Shown here: positions 54,046-64,000 of the stretch, piece after piece | Numbering within the stretch: position 1 is the stretch's first letter | How the letters are laid out: each line of letters starts with the position of its first letter | Assembly (NCBI GenBank): GCA_024280015.1 | Contig: JAJRQY010000132.1 | Coordinates: 5,436 to 69,435 of the forward strand | Length of the DNA: 64,000 bases | Source: Actinomycetes bacterium | GTDB taxonomy: Bacteria > Actinomycetota > Acidimicrobiia > Acidimicrobiales > SZUA-35 | Direction: 5' to 3' | Made by a program: the position numbers and the translations under genes | The notes under the pieces: model-generated | Database searches by the model: none | The model's input: only the letters and a program-made list of their open reading frames with translations | What the model was told of the DNA's origin: nothing

Positions 54046-55512
54046 TCAGGCCGGTTGGGTGGGTGCGGCGACGGTGAAATCAAGTGTTCTCTTGGTTGAG
54101 TCGACCCCATCAAGTCGCAGACTGACCTTGTCAGCAAGCTTCAGACCATCATCGGCGACAGAGGTGACAATCGCCGGGTCAGCAATCTGGATAACTGCCC
54201 GCTCACGCTTCGCTTTCAGATCGACAACGAATCCATCGAAGGACTCACCGATCCGTGATTGCAGCAACATGGTCTCGGTGAAGTTGACCATGGCTCGTTC
54301 TAGGGATGAATCCTTGGACCGGGCACGGCCCATCAAGCCCGGCAGTTCCTCCAGAGCTTCAAGCGCCCAGGCCGGAGGTTGCTCATCGGCATATAGCGAC
54401 AGCAGGATCTCATTCCCAAACCGGTCAACCAAGCGTCGAAGCGGGGCGGTGACGTGGGCGTAGATGGAGGCGATGGCACCATGGCCGGCGTCCTCGGGCT
54501 GCTCTCCTTGGAAAGCCAGGTAGCCGGCCCCACGGAAGGACCGGGCTGCTTTCAACAAGAAGGCAGTGCGATGCGGACTGTCGGGGGAGATCTTTCGCAC
54601 AGCTTCGGCGTAGTCCATGTCCTCTGGCCAGTCGACATCCAGGGCTCTGGCCTGCCGGCGAAGCTTCTTCAAGTCCTGCTTGCGAGTAGAGGGCAGAGTT
54701 CGCAAGATGCCAACCCCAGCATCAAACATGGTGGTGCCAGCCACGATTCCCGTGAGAAGAGAGATCTGAGCATTCCAACCCTCGACCGGTAGTGACGTGT
54801 CGTATTCAAGGTCATAACAATCACCGGTCTCGATGATCTCTTGGCTGGGCAGGTTGAGGCTGATACCGCCTCGGTTGATTTCTTGCTGTTGGCGCAGAAG
54901 ACCGACCTGTCTTAGGAGCAGCATGGTGGGGTCTGATTCCGCGTCGATCCGCCTTTGGGCCTCCACGTAGGAGATTGCCTCCCGGACCTGCACGATTGCT
55001 CGCTGCAAGCGTGAAGATGTCGGAAGTCCAGTTGAGTCAAGGTCGATGGTCCACAACAAGGCTGGCTTGTCGCTACCGGGCAACAGGCTGGCCCGGTCCT
55101 CGCTGATGATCGGCGGATGCAACGGCGTCCGCATGTCCGGGCTGTACAGGGTGTTGCCGCGCGATCGCGCTTCAACATCGACCGGTCCGCCGGGCACAAC
55201 AAAGGCTCCCAGATCGGCAATAGCGTAGAAGACCCGAAAGCCGGGTTCAGTGGAGTCGTTTTCCTTCGAGCCGACTGCGCCGAGCCGTTCGGCAAAGAAG
55301 GCTTGATCCAGGTCGGTTGCCCCCGGAGGGTCTACGGCGATGAATCCGAGATGCCGGGCATCAACACGCTCGATGTCGGGGGCATGGGCGGCGTCGGCGG
55401 CCTCCAAGACCTCGGCCGGAAACCCGGCAGGAATGTTGAGTTCGGAACGGATCTGGGCGAAGCCGTGTTCGAAGGCTTGGGGGGCACGAAGGATGAGTCG
55501 GGGCACGAGCAT
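54046..55512 (-). CDS. RNB-domain exoribonuclease (RNase II/R family)
   Basis: ATG 55512. GATDLDQAF and LYSPDMRTPLHPP motifs. Confidence 0.85.
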   Translation of the reverse strand: MLVPRLILRAPQAFEHGFAQIRSELNIPAGFPAEVLEAADAAHAPDIERVDARHLGFIAVDPPGATDLDQAFFAERLGAVGSKENDSTEPGFRVFYAIADLGAFVVPGGPVDVEARSRGNTLYSPDMRTPLHPPIISEDRASLLPGSDKPALLWTIDLDSTGLPTSSRLQRAIVQVREAISYVEAQRRIDAESDPTMLLLRQVGLLRQQQEINRGGISLNLPSQEIIETGDCYDLEYDTSLPVEGWNAQISLLTGIVAGTTMFDAGVGILRTLPSTRKQDLKKLRRQARALDVDWPEDMDYAEAVRKISPDSPHRTAFLLKAARSFRGAGYLAFQGEQPEDAGHGAIASIYAHVTAPLRRLVDRFGNEILLSLYADEQPPAWALEALEELPGLMGRARSKDSSLERAMVNFTETMLLQSRIGESFDGFVVDLKAKRERAVIQIADPAIVTSVADDGLKLADKVSLRLDGVDSTKRTLDFTVAAPTQPA

Positions 55513-55667
55513 CGAAACTACACGAGAAATGGGTCGATTGAGGACCAAGGGACCGTGTGTCGCCGGGCGCCTTGCCCCTACGATGGCCGCTAACGCGTAC
55601 ACACAGGCACCGCCATGACCAGTCCAATTGGTCATGACGTGCTGACGAACAACGAAAGCAGACCTCC

Positions 55668-56459
55668 ATGCCGAATTTGGCCGACTATCGCAAGCTGTTT
55701 GATCTGACCGGCAAGACGGCCGTCGTCATCGGAGCAGCCTCGGGCATTGGCGAGGCATCAGCCTGGGCCCTAGCTGCCCATGGCGCCAACGTGATGTGTG
55801 CCGATCTGAATGCCGACCTTGCCGCCGCGGTCGCCAAAGCCATTACCGACGATGGCGGTACGGCCACCTCGACCCAGGTTGACATCACCGATGCCAAGTC
55901 GGTTGAAGCCGCCGTGCAGGCTGCTGGGGAGATTGAAATCCTGGTCTGCACTCCGTCCATCAATGTTCGCAAGCCCTTGCTGGACATGACCGAAGAGGAG
56001 TTCTCCCGGGTTATCGACCTCAACCTCGGAGGAACCTTCAATGTGATGAAGGCTGGCGGTCGGGTTATGGCCGAATCGGGTAAGGGCTCAATGATCGTGT
56101 TCAGCTCGGTTCGCTCCCAGGTGGTCGAGCCTGGCCAGGGCGTCTATGCCGCCACCAAGGCAGGAGCGCTGGCCATGGTCAAGACCCTGGCCGCTGAACT
56201 TGCATCCTCTGGTGTTCGAGTCAACGCCGTTGGGCCTGGTGTGGTCGAAACACCGCTAACCGCTCCAATCAAGGCCAACCCCGAGTGGTATCAGGCCTAC
56301 TCCGATATCAGTGCCCTCGGTCGTTGGTCCACCCCATCTGAACAAACTGGTGCGGTCGTCTACCTGGCATCGGATGCGGCGTCGTTCGTGACGGGAACCA
56401 TCCTGTTTGTCGACGGTGGCTGGCTGGCCGTTGATGGCCGGTTCACGCCGCCACTTTGA
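55668..56459 (+). CDS. SDR-family oxidoreductase
   Basis: VIGAASGIGEA cofactor motif. Catalytic YAATKAG. Confidence 0.9.
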   Translation: MPNLADYRKLFDLTGKTAVVIGAASGIGEASAWALAAHGANVMCADLNADLAAAVAKAITDDGGTATSTQVDITDAKSVEAAVQAAGEIEILVCTPSINVRKPLLDMTEEEFSRVIDLNLGGTFNVMKAGGRVMAESGKGSMIVFSSVRSQVVEPGQGVYAATKAGALAMVKTLAAELASSGVRVNAVGPGVVETPLTAPIKANPEWYQAYSDISALGRWSTPSEQTGAVVYLASDAASFVTGTILFVDGGWLAVDGRFTPPL

Positions 56460-56574
56460 GCATCGGAACTCCGAGTCGCTGAGGCATCAGATCTTGGGCT
56501 CTGAGTTGCCGCTGAAAGGTTAGAAACTACGCGGGACCCAATCGTGGGCCCATCAGGAGAAGAGGAGCCCGGCA

Positions 56575-57963
56575 ATGCTGGACAGCCAAGAGCTTGAGGT
56601 CACGACCGATTCGAGTGAGGCCATCGAGGCCATCGACCGATTCGGTGAGGCTTTCCTGGGCTATCGCAAGGACGCTGTTGCCATTCTGGATGGGATCAAG
56701 GCCGATCCCGATTCGGTCTTGGCCCGAGTGCTTGGCGCCGCCCTGTTCTTGTTTGGAGAAACCCAGCTTGGTCGGGCCGAGGCCCGCGAAAACCTGGACG
56801 CGGCCCGAGCGGGGGTAAGTAGGGCCAATGATCGAGAGCTGGCCATGCTGGAAGCGGTCGAAGCCTGGTTCTTGGGGGATTATGAGACAGTCATGGCTCG
56901 ACATGAGGACATCGCCGCTCGATGGCCGCGTGACCTGGTGTCGGCCAAGCTTGGTCAATACCACGCCTTCAACCGGGGTGACTCCAGGCGTATGGCCGAA
57001 CTGTCAATTCGAGCCTTAGAAGCCAATCCGGATCGGGCCTACGCCCATGGCATGGCTGCCTTTGGTTTTGAGCAGACCGGTGACCTGCAGCGGGCCGAAG
57101 AAGAGGGTCGACTGGGTACGGAGATGAGTGAGCACGAACCCTGGGCCAACCACGCGGTTGCTCATTGCCTGGACGCTGGTGGCAGGCTGGATGAGGGGGT
57201 GGAGTGGATGCATGGCCTGTCGCAACGATGGGACGACTGCAATTCCTTCATGTACACCCACAACTGGTGGCATACCGCCCTGTTCCATCTTGATCGTGGC
57301 GAAACCGATGTCAGTTTGGACATCTATGACCGTCATCTGTGGCCAATCGAACCAACGTTTGCCCAGGATCAGATTGGGGCCGTATCCATGCTGACTCGAC
57401 TGGAGATGCGAGGCGTCGATGTTGGTGACCGCTGGGATGCGGTGGCTGAGTATCTGCTGGTTCGAGTCGATGACCAGATCGAACCCTTTCTTGATGTCCA
57501 ATACCTGTATGGGCTGGCCCGCGCTGGCCGAGACGCAGCCGCTGACCAGTTGATGGCCAACATTGGTGCCTGCGCCTCATCGGATCAGGAGTTTCAACGG
57601 GCCGACTGGGCCGAGGTGGTGGAGCCAATGGCGCGGGCCGTGTTGGCTCATGCTCGCGGCAAGTGGGCGGAAGCGGCCGATGGTCTTGCCGCAGTAAAGG
57701 GAGAGATCTATCGCATCGGGGGAAGTCACGCCCAACGCGACCTCTTCAACCTGCTGCTCCTGGACTCGTTAGTTCGGGGTGAAGACAATGAAGAGGCAGC
57801 AAGGGTACTGCAGGGCCGCATTCGGGCACGAATCTCGATCCCGTGGCATCACCAGTTGTTAGCCAAGACCTATGACCGACAAGGTGAGTACGAGCAAGCA
57901 ACAGCAGCCCGCCAAGAAGGTGAGCGTAAGGAGATGGCCCTGACTGCCTGGTCGGGCGAGTAG
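56575..57963 (+). CDS. tetratricopeptide-repeat protein (TTC38-like)
   Basis: All-helical 462-aa protein with TPR-like periodicity. The family call is tentative. Confidence 0.6.
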   Translation: MLDSQELEVTTDSSEAIEAIDRFGEAFLGYRKDAVAILDGIKADPDSVLARVLGAALFLFGETQLGRAEARENLDAARAGVSRANDRELAMLEAVEAWFLGDYETVMARHEDIAARWPRDLVSAKLGQYHAFNRGDSRRMAELSIRALEANPDRAYAHGMAAFGFEQTGDLQRAEEEGRLGTEMSEHEPWANHAVAHCLDAGGRLDEGVEWMHGLSQRWDDCNSFMYTHNWWHTALFHLDRGETDVSLDIYDRHLWPIEPTFAQDQIGAVSMLTRLEMRGVDVGDRWDAVAEYLLVRVDDQIEPFLDVQYLYGLARAGRDAAADQLMANIGACASSDQEFQRADWAEVVEPMARAVLAHARGKWAEAADGLAAVKGEIYRIGGSHAQRDLFNLLLLDSLVRGEDNEEAARVLQGRIRARISIPWHHQLLAKTYDRQGEYEQATAARQEGERKEMALTAWSGE

Positions 57964-58006
57964 ATTTTGGTTCGTGCGGGACCACCAATCAAGGAGCAAT
58001 GAGTAG

Positions 58007-59017
58007 ATGGCGCTGGGGATTGATGGAGTACGGGTCGGCGTTGTCACCGATGATGAGAGCCACACCGGGTGCACGGTTGTTTTGCCCCCGGAAGGTTCGG
58101 TTGGCGGCATGGCTATTCGGGGCGGAGCCCCAGGTACCCGCGAGGCTGGGGTGCTTTCGGTCGGATCAGCCAACACGGCGATCCATGCGGTTGCCCTTTG
58201 TGGCTCGTCCTTGTTTGGTCTGCGAGCCGCTGGCGGAGTAGCCGACTGGTGCGCCGCCAACGAGATTGGGCTTCAGCTCCCCGGTGGACGGTTCCCCATT
58301 GTCGGAGCCGCCGTAGTGATGGACATCCACTCACCCGACGAAGCCAGGATTGATCATGAGGCCGGTTGGGATGCGTGCCGACTTGCGACAACAAACGATC
58401 CCGCCCAGGGTTCATTTGGTGCCGGAACAGGATGCACGGTTGGAAAAGAAGGTGGCCGAGACTGGGGCAGCAAGGGTGGCCAAGGCTGGGCCGTGGTCGA
58501 AGGTGGAGGAATCACCGTCGGAGCACTCATGATCGTCAACGCCTTCGGCAGTGTGTTTCGCGGTGGCCAGATCCTGGCCGGATCAAGAGCTCCGGAGGAC
58601 TATCCCCGCTATCCGGCAACCCCACCATCGGGCTTGTTCAACCGTGCTGGAAAACCTGTTGGTGATGGTGAATGGGGTTCGCTGAGCGATGGACCAACAG
58701 CCAACACGGTGATTGGCGTGGTGGTGACCGATGCCATTTTGACCAAGGCCACGGCCTGTCGAGTGGCGGACCTATCTCATTCCGGGATTGCGCGAACAGT
58801 GTCACCTGCTCACACCAATCTGGACGGTGACGCCATGTTTGCGATTGGTACGGGATTGCATGCCGCATCAACGGACTTGATCGCTGACCTAGCCGCCAGC
58901 GCAGTGGCAGAAGCCATTGATAATGCGGTCACTCACGCCGCCGGAATCCCCGGCTGGCCCGCCGATGAGCGGGCAGGGAACGACTCTTCGGTTGATCGAA
59001 CTCTTTGGAGCGAATAG
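58007..59017 (+). CDS. P1/S58 (DmpA-type) aminopeptidase family protein
   Basis: The N-terminus GVRVGVVTDDESHTGCTVVL and the NTVIGVVVTDA region are typical of the family. Confidence 0.85.
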   Translation: MALGIDGVRVGVVTDDESHTGCTVVLPPEGSVGGMAIRGGAPGTREAGVLSVGSANTAIHAVALCGSSLFGLRAAGGVADWCAANEIGLQLPGGRFPIVGAAVVMDIHSPDEARIDHEAGWDACRLATTNDPAQGSFGAGTGCTVGKEGGRDWGSKGGQGWAVVEGGGITVGALMIVNAFGSVFRGGQILAGSRAPEDYPRYPATPPSGLFNRAGKPVGDGEWGSLSDGPTANTVIGVVVTDAILTKATACRVADLSHSGIARTVSPAHTNLDGDAMFAIGTGLHAASTDLIADLAASAVAEAIDNAVTHAAGIPGWPADERAGNDSSVDRTLWSE

Positions 59018-59021
59018 CTGC

Positions 59022-59768
59022 TTAGGACCGGTCTGCGGTTATGGCTCCCGCTAGGTGCAGGCTGACAAAGCCCACGGTGATCGCCAAGAAGACTGGCGGT
59101 CGACCAAGGCTGGGTGCGAGAAATAGAGCTAAGACTGGTGGGCCAAGGGCAAGAACCCAGAACAAGCTCATATTGGTCGCCTGCTTAGCCCGCGCTTCGG
59201 CCACTTCGGAGGCCCCATACCACTGTTCCAATGCTCCTCGGGATGAAATCAGGATCAGCGCGCCAACAAAGGCCAAGGAACCAGCCGTGTGTCCCAGGTA
59301 CTGGAACACACCCGCAATCGTCACTTCGTCGAAGATTGGAGTCGACACCACTACTCGGTCAAATCCGAGCCACTGAGCCCCAAAACGTGCAGGATGGGTG
59401 AAGCCATCGATGAAGATGTGGCTCCCGGCACCAATAAGGCTGGACAGCAGGGCAAGAGGCCAGGAATGCTTGCCCTCTGACAGGACGGCGTAGGACCGCA
59501 GACGCAGTGGGCCCAAGTCGGGCATATGAGCAAAGACTCCCTGGGCAACGCGCCACCGAATCAACCCAACTGCGACCAGGGTGACCGGAACAGCGAAAAC
59601 AGCGAGGCCGACCAGGGTGTGGCTGTGTCTGTTTAGCCACGGACCTAAGGCATAGGCCAAGTCTGGTGCAGCCGCCCCGACACAAAGAGCGGTGTCATCA
59701 ATGTGACGAGGCCAGCGAAGTTTTGCTCCGACGATGAGCCCCTGATGGGCCGGGAAGGTAACTGGCAC
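59022..59768 (-). CDS. DUF4184-family membrane protein
   Basis: The N-terminus MPVTFPAHQG and the AAPDLAY motif. Several TM helices. Confidence 0.7.
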   Translation of the reverse strand: MPVTFPAHQGLIVGAKLRWPRHIDDTALCVGAAAPDLAYALGPWLNRHSHTLVGLAVFAVPVTLVAVGLIRWRVAQGVFAHMPDLGPLRLRSYAVLSEGKHSWPLALLSSLIGAGSHIFIDGFTHPARFGAQWLGFDRVVVSTPIFDEVTIAGVFQYLGHTAGSLAFVGALILISSRGALEQWYGASEVAEARAKQATNMSLFWVLALGPPVLALFLAPSLGRPPVFLAITVGFVSLHLAGAITADRS

Positions 59769-59867
59769 GATCGCTCACAATAGTCGTCATATCGGCATTC
59801 CGGGGCTGGAAAGAGACCGGACCAAGGAGATGACAGAGCAAGGCAAGCTTGTTAGCTTGAGCTGGGC

Positions 59868-61058
59868 ATGCCGCCCTCCTATTCAGATCTGGCCAGCAAC
59901 TGGTCGCTCAACCCGGACATCGTCTATCTCAATCACGGATCGTTCGGAGCGACACCTCGAAGCGTTCAGGGCTTTCGGGCAGAACTCCAAGCATCGATGG
60001 AGAACGACCCGATGCGGTTCTTCGTCCACGATGTGTGGACACTGATCGACGACTCCCGGATGGCGGTCTCCAATTTCGTTGGCGCAGACCCAGAAGGCCT
60101 CGTCTTCGGAGAAAACGCCACCGCGTTGGTGAATGGAGTTCTGCGATCGCTGCAACTGGACGATGGGGACGAGATTCTCGTGCTGGACCATGGCTATGGC
60201 GCTTGCACCAACGCGGCACGGTATGTCTGCGAGAAGGTGGGCGCCAACCTTGTGGTGGTCGACGTTCCCTTCCCGCTAGATGATCCATCCGAAGTCACCG
60301 ATGCGATCCTCGCCACCATCACTGAACGGACAGTGTTGGCTGTCATTGATCATGTCACCAGCCCAACAGCACTGGTTCTTCCGATCGCGGAAATAGTAAG
60401 CAAGCTGGCCGAACGAGGTATCGACGTATTGGTTGATGGTGCTCACGCTCCCGGCATGCTCGATCTGGATATCAATGCCATCGATGCTGCTTACTATGTC
60501 GGGAACCTGCACAAGTGGGTGTGCGGCCCGAAGAGCGCGGCCTTCATGAGCGTCCGGTCAGATCATCGCCAGTCGGCCAGACCGCTGGTCATTAGCCATG
60601 GAGCAACGGGCTCGGACACCACACGTTCCAGATTGCATCTGGAATTTGATTGGCAAGGAACGTCTGACCCGACAGCGATTGCCGCCATTGGTGAGACGAT
60701 CAAGGTCATGGACGCGATGGTCCCCGGAGGTTGGCCACAAATCCGCCAGATGAACCGTGACCTGGCACGAGCGGCCAGCAAGGTTCTGTGTTCCCGGCTG
60801 GGGACAATATCGCCCGCACCGGCTTCGATGTTTGGGAGCATGGGACTCATCCCGATTCCGGGTGGACTCACAGAGCGGATCGAGTGGCCCGGACTGCAAC
60901 CCCTGCAACAGGTCCTCGACGACACGTACCAGATCCCCATCCCCATCGTTCCGTGGCCGAAGTTTGACACCAGGTTTGTCAGGATTTCGGCCCATCTCTA
61001 CAACACGATGGAACAGTACGAGTACCTTGCTGATGCGCTGGTTAGTGAAGTCCAATAA
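59868..61058 (+). CDS. class V aminotransferase-fold PLP enzyme (isopenicillin-N epimerase/cysteine desulfurase-like)
   Basis: YLNHGSFGATP N-terminus. PLP-Lys region GNLHKWVCGPK. Confidence 0.85.
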   Translation: MPPSYSDLASNWSLNPDIVYLNHGSFGATPRSVQGFRAELQASMENDPMRFFVHDVWTLIDDSRMAVSNFVGADPEGLVFGENATALVNGVLRSLQLDDGDEILVLDHGYGACTNAARYVCEKVGANLVVVDVPFPLDDPSEVTDAILATITERTVLAVIDHVTSPTALVLPIAEIVSKLAERGIDVLVDGAHAPGMLDLDINAIDAAYYVGNLHKWVCGPKSAAFMSVRSDHRQSARPLVISHGATGSDTTRSRLHLEFDWQGTSDPTAIAAIGETIKVMDAMVPGGWPQIRQMNRDLARAASKVLCSRLGTISPAPASMFGSMGLIPIPGGLTERIEWPGLQPLQQVLDDTYQIPIPIVPWPKFDTRFVRISAHLYNTMEQYEYLADALVSEVQ

Positions 61059-61180
61059 CTCAACAACTGAAGTGGGAGGGCGAGGAAGATGGCGATGTCT
61101 CGGCTTCTGATCGAAGCGATGATCTGAGCAACCCTCACTAGCGGTCATCCCTTCTGACCACGCTCCGCTATACCTTGCTC

Positions 61181-62488
61181 ATGGATAGTGGTGGCAAGAG
61201 GGCCGGCGAGCTAGTTGATGAACGGCGAGGTGCAACACCTGGGTTCGAGTCTCGCCCGATCAGTAGTATCGATGAGCGGGTGACTGAGCGTCTCCCGGAT
61301 CGGCGACTCATCGGCATCGATATCGCGCGGGGTCTGGCCCTATTGGGTATGGCCATGGTTCACGTCACTATTGCTGGCCCCGATGGCGAGCAGCCAGCAT
61401 CCTGGATCAAGGGGATTCTTGGCGCCCCGTCTGGCTCGGCATCGGTTCTGTTCTTTGTGATCTCCGGTGTTTCGCTCTCGGTCATTGCCAAAACTGGCTC
61501 GGCCAGCGCCGAGCCAGATGTGCTTCGGCGGCGTGGAGCCGTACTCCTCATCTTTGGCTTCTTGCTAAGCGCGACGGTCTGGCCCGCATCAATTCTGGAG
61601 CACTACGGCGTGGTGTTTCTGATTGCACCAATGCTGGTGAGGGCATCGTCCAGGCTCTTGTCGATCATGACTGCTGCAAGCCTCGTCGGGGGACCTGTCG
61701 TACTCCTCTTCGCCCGGCACCTGACCAGTAGCGTGGCCGACTACCTCAGCGCTGGAGTTCTGGAGTGGCTCTTGAACTGGAGCTGGAGCCTCACTGTCAG
61801 CGGCAACTTCCCGCTCGTTGTCTGGCTCGGTTTCTTTGCTCTCGGATTGCGTATCGGCCGCCTCGATCTTGGACAGCCTCATACGGCTCGTCGGCTTCTT
61901 GGCTTTGGCCTGGGTGTCCTTGCCGCTCTTTGGTTCGCTCTCTCCTTCGCCGCATCAGTCGGCCTTGACTACGAAGAACTAGCAGAGCGAACCGATGCAT
62001 TGTCAGAGGCCGGCACGGGAATCCCGGCCGACACAGTCCCGGCCGACACAGTCCCGGGCAGCACTGTCCAGGTCGATCCTGACCGGCCTGACCTCGAAGG
62101 TGGCCTCACCATTCGAGATGAGTTCATTGATGATGATCCACTCCAGCTCTTGTCCGCCGAGGCCCACTCCAATCAGGTCGCTTGGGCGATATACGCCAGC
62201 GCCTTGGCCACCACGATTCTTGGCGCCGCCCTGCTCCTACCAGCTGCCGTCAGCCGATCTTTGCGCCCGATTGCCGCGCTCGGCTCCATCAGCCTGACGG
62301 CCTATCTGCTTCATCTCTTTCTGGTTCTGGACGGCTGGCACTACTTCCCGGCAACAGCAACGGTCAACCAAGAACTGGCTGTTCTATTCGTCGGCGAGGC
62401 GATCTTGATTCTGGCTTGTTGGGGAATTGTGACTCGCTGGCGAACCGGTCCGGCAGAACGGCTACTCAAGTTCCTCGCCAGCCGCTAA
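61181..62488 (+). CDS. YeiB/DUF418-type (acyltransferase-3-like) polytopic membrane protein
   Basis: RLIGIDIARGLALLGMAMVH N-terminal motif. About 10 helices. An acidic loop carries the 15-bp repeat. Confidence 0.6.
   Translation: MDSGGKRAGELVDERRGATPGFESRPISSIDERVTERLPDRRLIGIDIARGLALLGMAMVHVTIAGPDGEQPASWIKGILGAPSGSASVLFFVISGVSLSVIAKTGSASAEPDVLRRRGAVLLIFGFLLSATVWPASILEHYGVVFLIAPMLVRASSRLLSIMTAASLVGGPVVLLFARHLTSSVADYLSAGVLEWLLNWSWSLTVSGNFPLVVWLGFFALGLRIGRLDLGQPHTARRLLGFGLGVLAALWFALSFAASVGLDYEELAERTDALSEAGTGIPADTVPADTVPGSTVQVDPDRPDLEGGLTIRDEFIDDDPLQLLSAEAHSNQVAWAIYASALATTILGAALLLPAAVSRSLRPIAALGSISLTAYLLHLFLVLDGWHYFPATATVNQELAVLFVGEAILILACWGIVTRWRTGPAERLLKFLASR
62011..62055. repeat. 15-bp tandem repeat x3 (cccggccgacacagt, third copy imperfect)
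   Basis: Encodes PADTV-PADTV-PGSTV in a predicted loop of the YeiB-like protein. Confidence 0.9.
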
Positions 62489-62516
62489 CTGGCAATAGTG
62501 GCAGGTAATCCTGAGG

Positions 62517-63707
62517 TTAAGAATGTAAGAAGGCCAAGGCGGCTTGAGCAAACACCTCGGTGGCCTGGATGATCTCGGCTACCTCGACAAACTCATCCAC
62601 CTGATGGGCAATCCACTTTCCCCCCGGCCCATAGACCACACTGTCCAGGCCACCGTCTCGCCACAAGATGGTGCCATCGGTTGTGCCGGGAACACCGCCG
62701 AACACCGCGGGCTGACCGGTAACGGCCTCGTGCCCGGCCACCAAAGCCTTTACCACTCTGGAGTCCAGAGGAGTGTCAGCGGAGGGGCGATCATCAATGA
62801 TGGTCAGCTCCAGCGTCACACCGGTTGCCGCCGATGACTCATCTAGAATCCGGTTGACGTCGGCCAGCAAGGTTGGATGATCAACCGCTGGTGTCGTTCG
62901 AATATCAATCCCGAGGATGGCATCAGCGGGAATGACATTGAGCTGCTCGATCGTGCCACCCTCCAAATAGGTTGGAGTGATCGATATCTTGCCCAGGTGT
63001 TCGTGTGGGCCAAGCTCTTTCTGCAGCCGTTGCTGCAAGTCGGTGAGGCCAACCGTTGCATGGGTCAGCACCGTGATGGGGTTTGCTCCCTTGTCGGGCA
63101 TGGCCCCATGAGCCATCACCCCATGGGCATCAATCCGCAGCCGGATTGCCCCCTTGGCTACCGCACAAATCTCTCCCGCTTCTGGTTCAGCCGAGATGGC
63201 CCCATCAATGCCTTGGCAATGACCAGCCGCCACGAAATGCTTCACCCCAATCATCATCTCTTCCTCATCACAAAGGATGCCGATGAGAATCTTGCCCGGG
63301 AACGGTCCAGCCACCTGCACCGCCCGCGTGGCGTAGATGACAGCGGCAACACCCGACTTCATGTCGGCTGAACCGCGGCCGTATAACTTGCCGTCCACAA
63401 TCTCGGCCCCGAAAGGATCGCGCGTCCATTGGGACTTGTCCCCGGCAGTTACCACATCACTGTGACCCTCGAACATGAGGGTTGGCCCAGGCAGGCCGCC
63501 GTTAACGATGCAGATCACGTTTGGGCGACCGGGTGCGACTTCCTCAACCACTGGCTCCCAACCAAAGGAGCGCATCTCCGCCACTACCGCGGCTGCGGCC
63601 GGTTCTTCGCTGAGCCCGGCCTCGGGATCATTCACGCTCTCGATGCGAACCAGTTCTTGGGTGAATTCGACCACCCGATCGTGGTCAAAGGTGAGGGTGG
63701 TAGTCAT
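62517..63707 (-). CDS. M20-family metallopeptidase (ArgE/DapE/ACY1-like)
   Basis: LMFEGHSDVV, GRGSADMKSG and CDEE motifs. Confidence 0.85.
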   Translation of the reverse strand: MTTTLTFDHDRVVEFTQELVRIESVNDPEAGLSEEPAAAAVVAEMRSFGWEPVVEEVAPGRPNVICIVNGGLPGPTLMFEGHSDVVTAGDKSQWTRDPFGAEIVDGKLYGRGSADMKSGVAAVIYATRAVQVAGPFPGKILIGILCDEEEMMIGVKHFVAAGHCQGIDGAISAEPEAGEICAVAKGAIRLRIDAHGVMAHGAMPDKGANPITVLTHATVGLTDLQQRLQKELGPHEHLGKISITPTYLEGGTIEQLNVIPADAILGIDIRTTPAVDHPTLLADVNRILDESSAATGVTLELTIIDDRPSADTPLDSRVVKALVAGHEAVTGQPAVFGGVPGTTDGTILWRDGGLDSVVYGPGGKWIAHQVDEFVEVAEIIQATEVFAQAALAFLHS

Positions 63708-63769
63708 GGTTCAATTCGATTCTGGTGGGTGTTGGCTCACTCCTGTGTGCAGGAGTGGTGGAACGAAAG

Positions 63770-63798
63770 GCGGCGCCGGACCAATGGTCCGGCGCCGC
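63770..63798 (-). terminator. intrinsic terminator after the partial SBP gene: 13-bp perfect GC-rich stem, 3-nt loop, then CUUUCGUU on the minus strand
   Basis: GCGGCGCCGGACC-aat-GGTCCGGCGCCGC read directly from the sequence. A second 8-bp hairpin lies at 63738-63757. Confidence 0.6.
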
Positions 63799-63835
63799 AA
63801 CATACAGAACTACGTGTTACCGCAATCCTGGACAG

Positions 63836-64000
63836 TTACTCGGGGCTGTAGCCGACCCGTCCGATGTCCAGGGCCTGGCTGGTGGCGTTGGCAACATAGC
63901 CATCGATTCCAGCAGCGGTTACTGAAAGCTGAGGCAGAACAAACAACCAGATACTTGCAGCATCAGCGGTGATTTGGGTCTGCACATCCTTGAGCAAGGC
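63836..64000 (-). CDS. 3' end of a gene running off the window; C-terminus resembles an ABC-transporter substrate-binding protein (family 5)
   Basis: Manual translation gives ALLKDVQTQITADAASIWLFVLPQLSVTAAGIDGYVANATSQALDIGRVGYSPE*. Open to the window edge. Not in the ORF track because no start codon lies in the window. Confidence 0.45.
   Translation of the reverse strand, partial: ALLKDVQTQITADAASIWLFVLPQLSVTAAGIDGYVANATSQALDIGRVGYSPE

Overview
GC-rich, densely coded chromosomal segment with about 60 genes, many GTG/TTG starts and frequent 4-nt start/stop overlaps. It looks actinobacterial: DUF3499, an F420-type LLM oxidoreductase, a PcnA-like HD domain and a leaderless-looking TA promoter point that way. 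That placement is inference only. Most of the window is ordinary metabolism and housekeeping. It includes gcvT-gcvP behind a tandem glycine riboswitch, a frameshifted GH3 beta-glucosidase, two sulfotransferases, a DUF1800/DUF1501 pair, a nucleoside hydrolase and SurE. It also holds an acyl-CoA ligase plus kinase, a CoA-disulfide reductase-rhodanese fusion, an abhydrolase-LLM-NMO-SseA-SLT operon, a molybdopterin oxidoreductase, PrmA, Ppx/GppA, TrxC, an S9 peptidase, an RNB RNase and M20/DmpA peptidases. By eye I saw no rRNA, tRNA, CRISPR array, transposase, integrase or reverse transcriptase. The only accessory-looking stretch is about 42.6-47.6 kb. It contains a long non-coding leader with an iterated motif, a truncated P-loop NTPase fragment coupled to a 2-TM ORF, orphan lipoproteins, a vapBC pair, and an antitoxin-PIN pair sitting upstream of an MBL hydrolase and a lipoprotein. 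I did not find a convincing, complete novel multi-gene system. The best candidates are that islet, a 38-bp palindrome with a structured leader in front of an arrestin-like membrane protein, and an HD-only CCA-enzyme remnant; all are scored modestly. Every family call comes from motif recognition by eye in the supplied translations, and no searches were run.
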